59,753 nucleotides of DNA, from the NCBI GenBank assembly GCA_039648975.1, contig JBBWZK010000221.1:1-59753 (forward strand), given 5' to 3'. Positions 59,224-59,753 of this stretch are shown one piece after another. Made by a program: the position numbers and the translations under genes. This stretch comes from Blastocatellia bacterium. Lineage in GTDB: Bacteria; Acidobacteriota; Blastocatellia; UBA7656. The stretch's first letter is position 1. Each line of letters begins with the position of its first letter. The notes beneath the pieces are model-generated. The model ran no database searches and was not told the DNA's origin. It saw only the letters and a program-made list of their open reading frames with translations.

Positions 59224-59461
59224 GGTTTCAAGCCCTCCAATCATCGGTTGCGCACGGCGCGATTATGAGCACCTCATTCGTCGCTATGCATCAACATTAT
59301 AGCTCGCTTACGAGACCATCGAATACCTGCAATCGAAGCGAGCGCGATTTTCGTCAAGATGTCCTGCTTAGATGATTCGATAATGAAGTACAACAGGCGG
59401 TGAGGCGACAGCTTGATTTGCGGTGGGTTCGTCTACAGCAGATGCTGGCCATGAAACTTGC

Positions 59462-59507
59462 GCAGCGTGATCAAGAAGACCTGATTCGGCCTTCTTGATC
59501 ACGCTGC
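59462..59507. terminator. 17-bp-stem hairpin downstream of the pilC-like gene
   Basis: GCAGCGTGATCAAGAAG...CTTCTTGATCACGCTGC. Confidence 0.7.
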
Positions 59508-59543
59508 ATCAATGGATTCACCGGGTAACGTGCTTGCCGCTTC

Positions 59544-59753
59544 TTAGTGGCCGCCGGCGAGTTTGCCGATCAGCGAGAACAGTGGCAGGTACATAGCAAT
59601 GACGATGGTGCCGATGGTCACGCCGAGAAACATAATCATCGCCGGCTCCATCAGGCTCAACAGGCTAGCAATCGCCGCGTCGACTTCCTGTTCGTAGAAG
59701 TCGGCGATCTTCGACAGCATCGCATCCAGCGCGCCGGTCTGCTCGCCGACGCC
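59544..59753 (-). CDS. pilC: Type II secretion F / type IV pilus platform protein, C-terminal fragment
   Basis: Manual translation: GVGEQTGALDAMLSKIADFYEQEVDAAIASLLSLMEPAMIMFLGVTIGTIVIAMYLPLFSLIGKLAGGH*. Confidence 0.92.
   Translation of the reverse strand, partial: GVGEQTGALDAMLSKIADFYEQEVDAAIASLLSLMEPAMIMFLGVTIGTIVIAMYLPLFSLIGKLAGGH

Overview
GC-rich bacterial chromosomal segment. Gene content (HEAT-repeat/ECF locus, multiheme-TPR protein, many large secreted proteins) suggests Acidobacteriota, Blastocatellia-like; this is inference only. Recognisable genes: GMC oxidoreductase 3' end, xylB, amidohydrolase, acyl-CoA ligase plus PTE-like lactonase, Uma2, ECF sigma/anti-sigma/HEAT operon, PhyH, acnA, uvrC, OmpA-family, PfkB kinase, tRNA-Lys(UUU), KimA-like APC transporter, QueA-like/SDR/SufR-like module, GH63, SRAP and a pilC-like 3' end. 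There are several AT-richer patches, 2 intact TA pairs and 1 decayed one, and at least 8 distinct intergenic palindromic or short-tandem repeat families. Most notable: (1) two secreted paralogs that fuse variable N-terminal cargo to a conserved 6-Cys mini-domain and a FrpC-type self-processing-module homologue in which the scissile Asp-Pro is replaced by Ser-Pro; (2) two paralogous modular His-rich beta-propeller proteins, the larger transcribed divergently from a cluster of four GNAT/Fem-fold genes and a JmjC oxygenase; (3) a divergent QueA paralog and SDR facing a SufR-like regulator across a visible double palindromic operator. No CRISPR array, rRNA, integrase or transposase was seen. All family calls come from motif recognition, not database searches.
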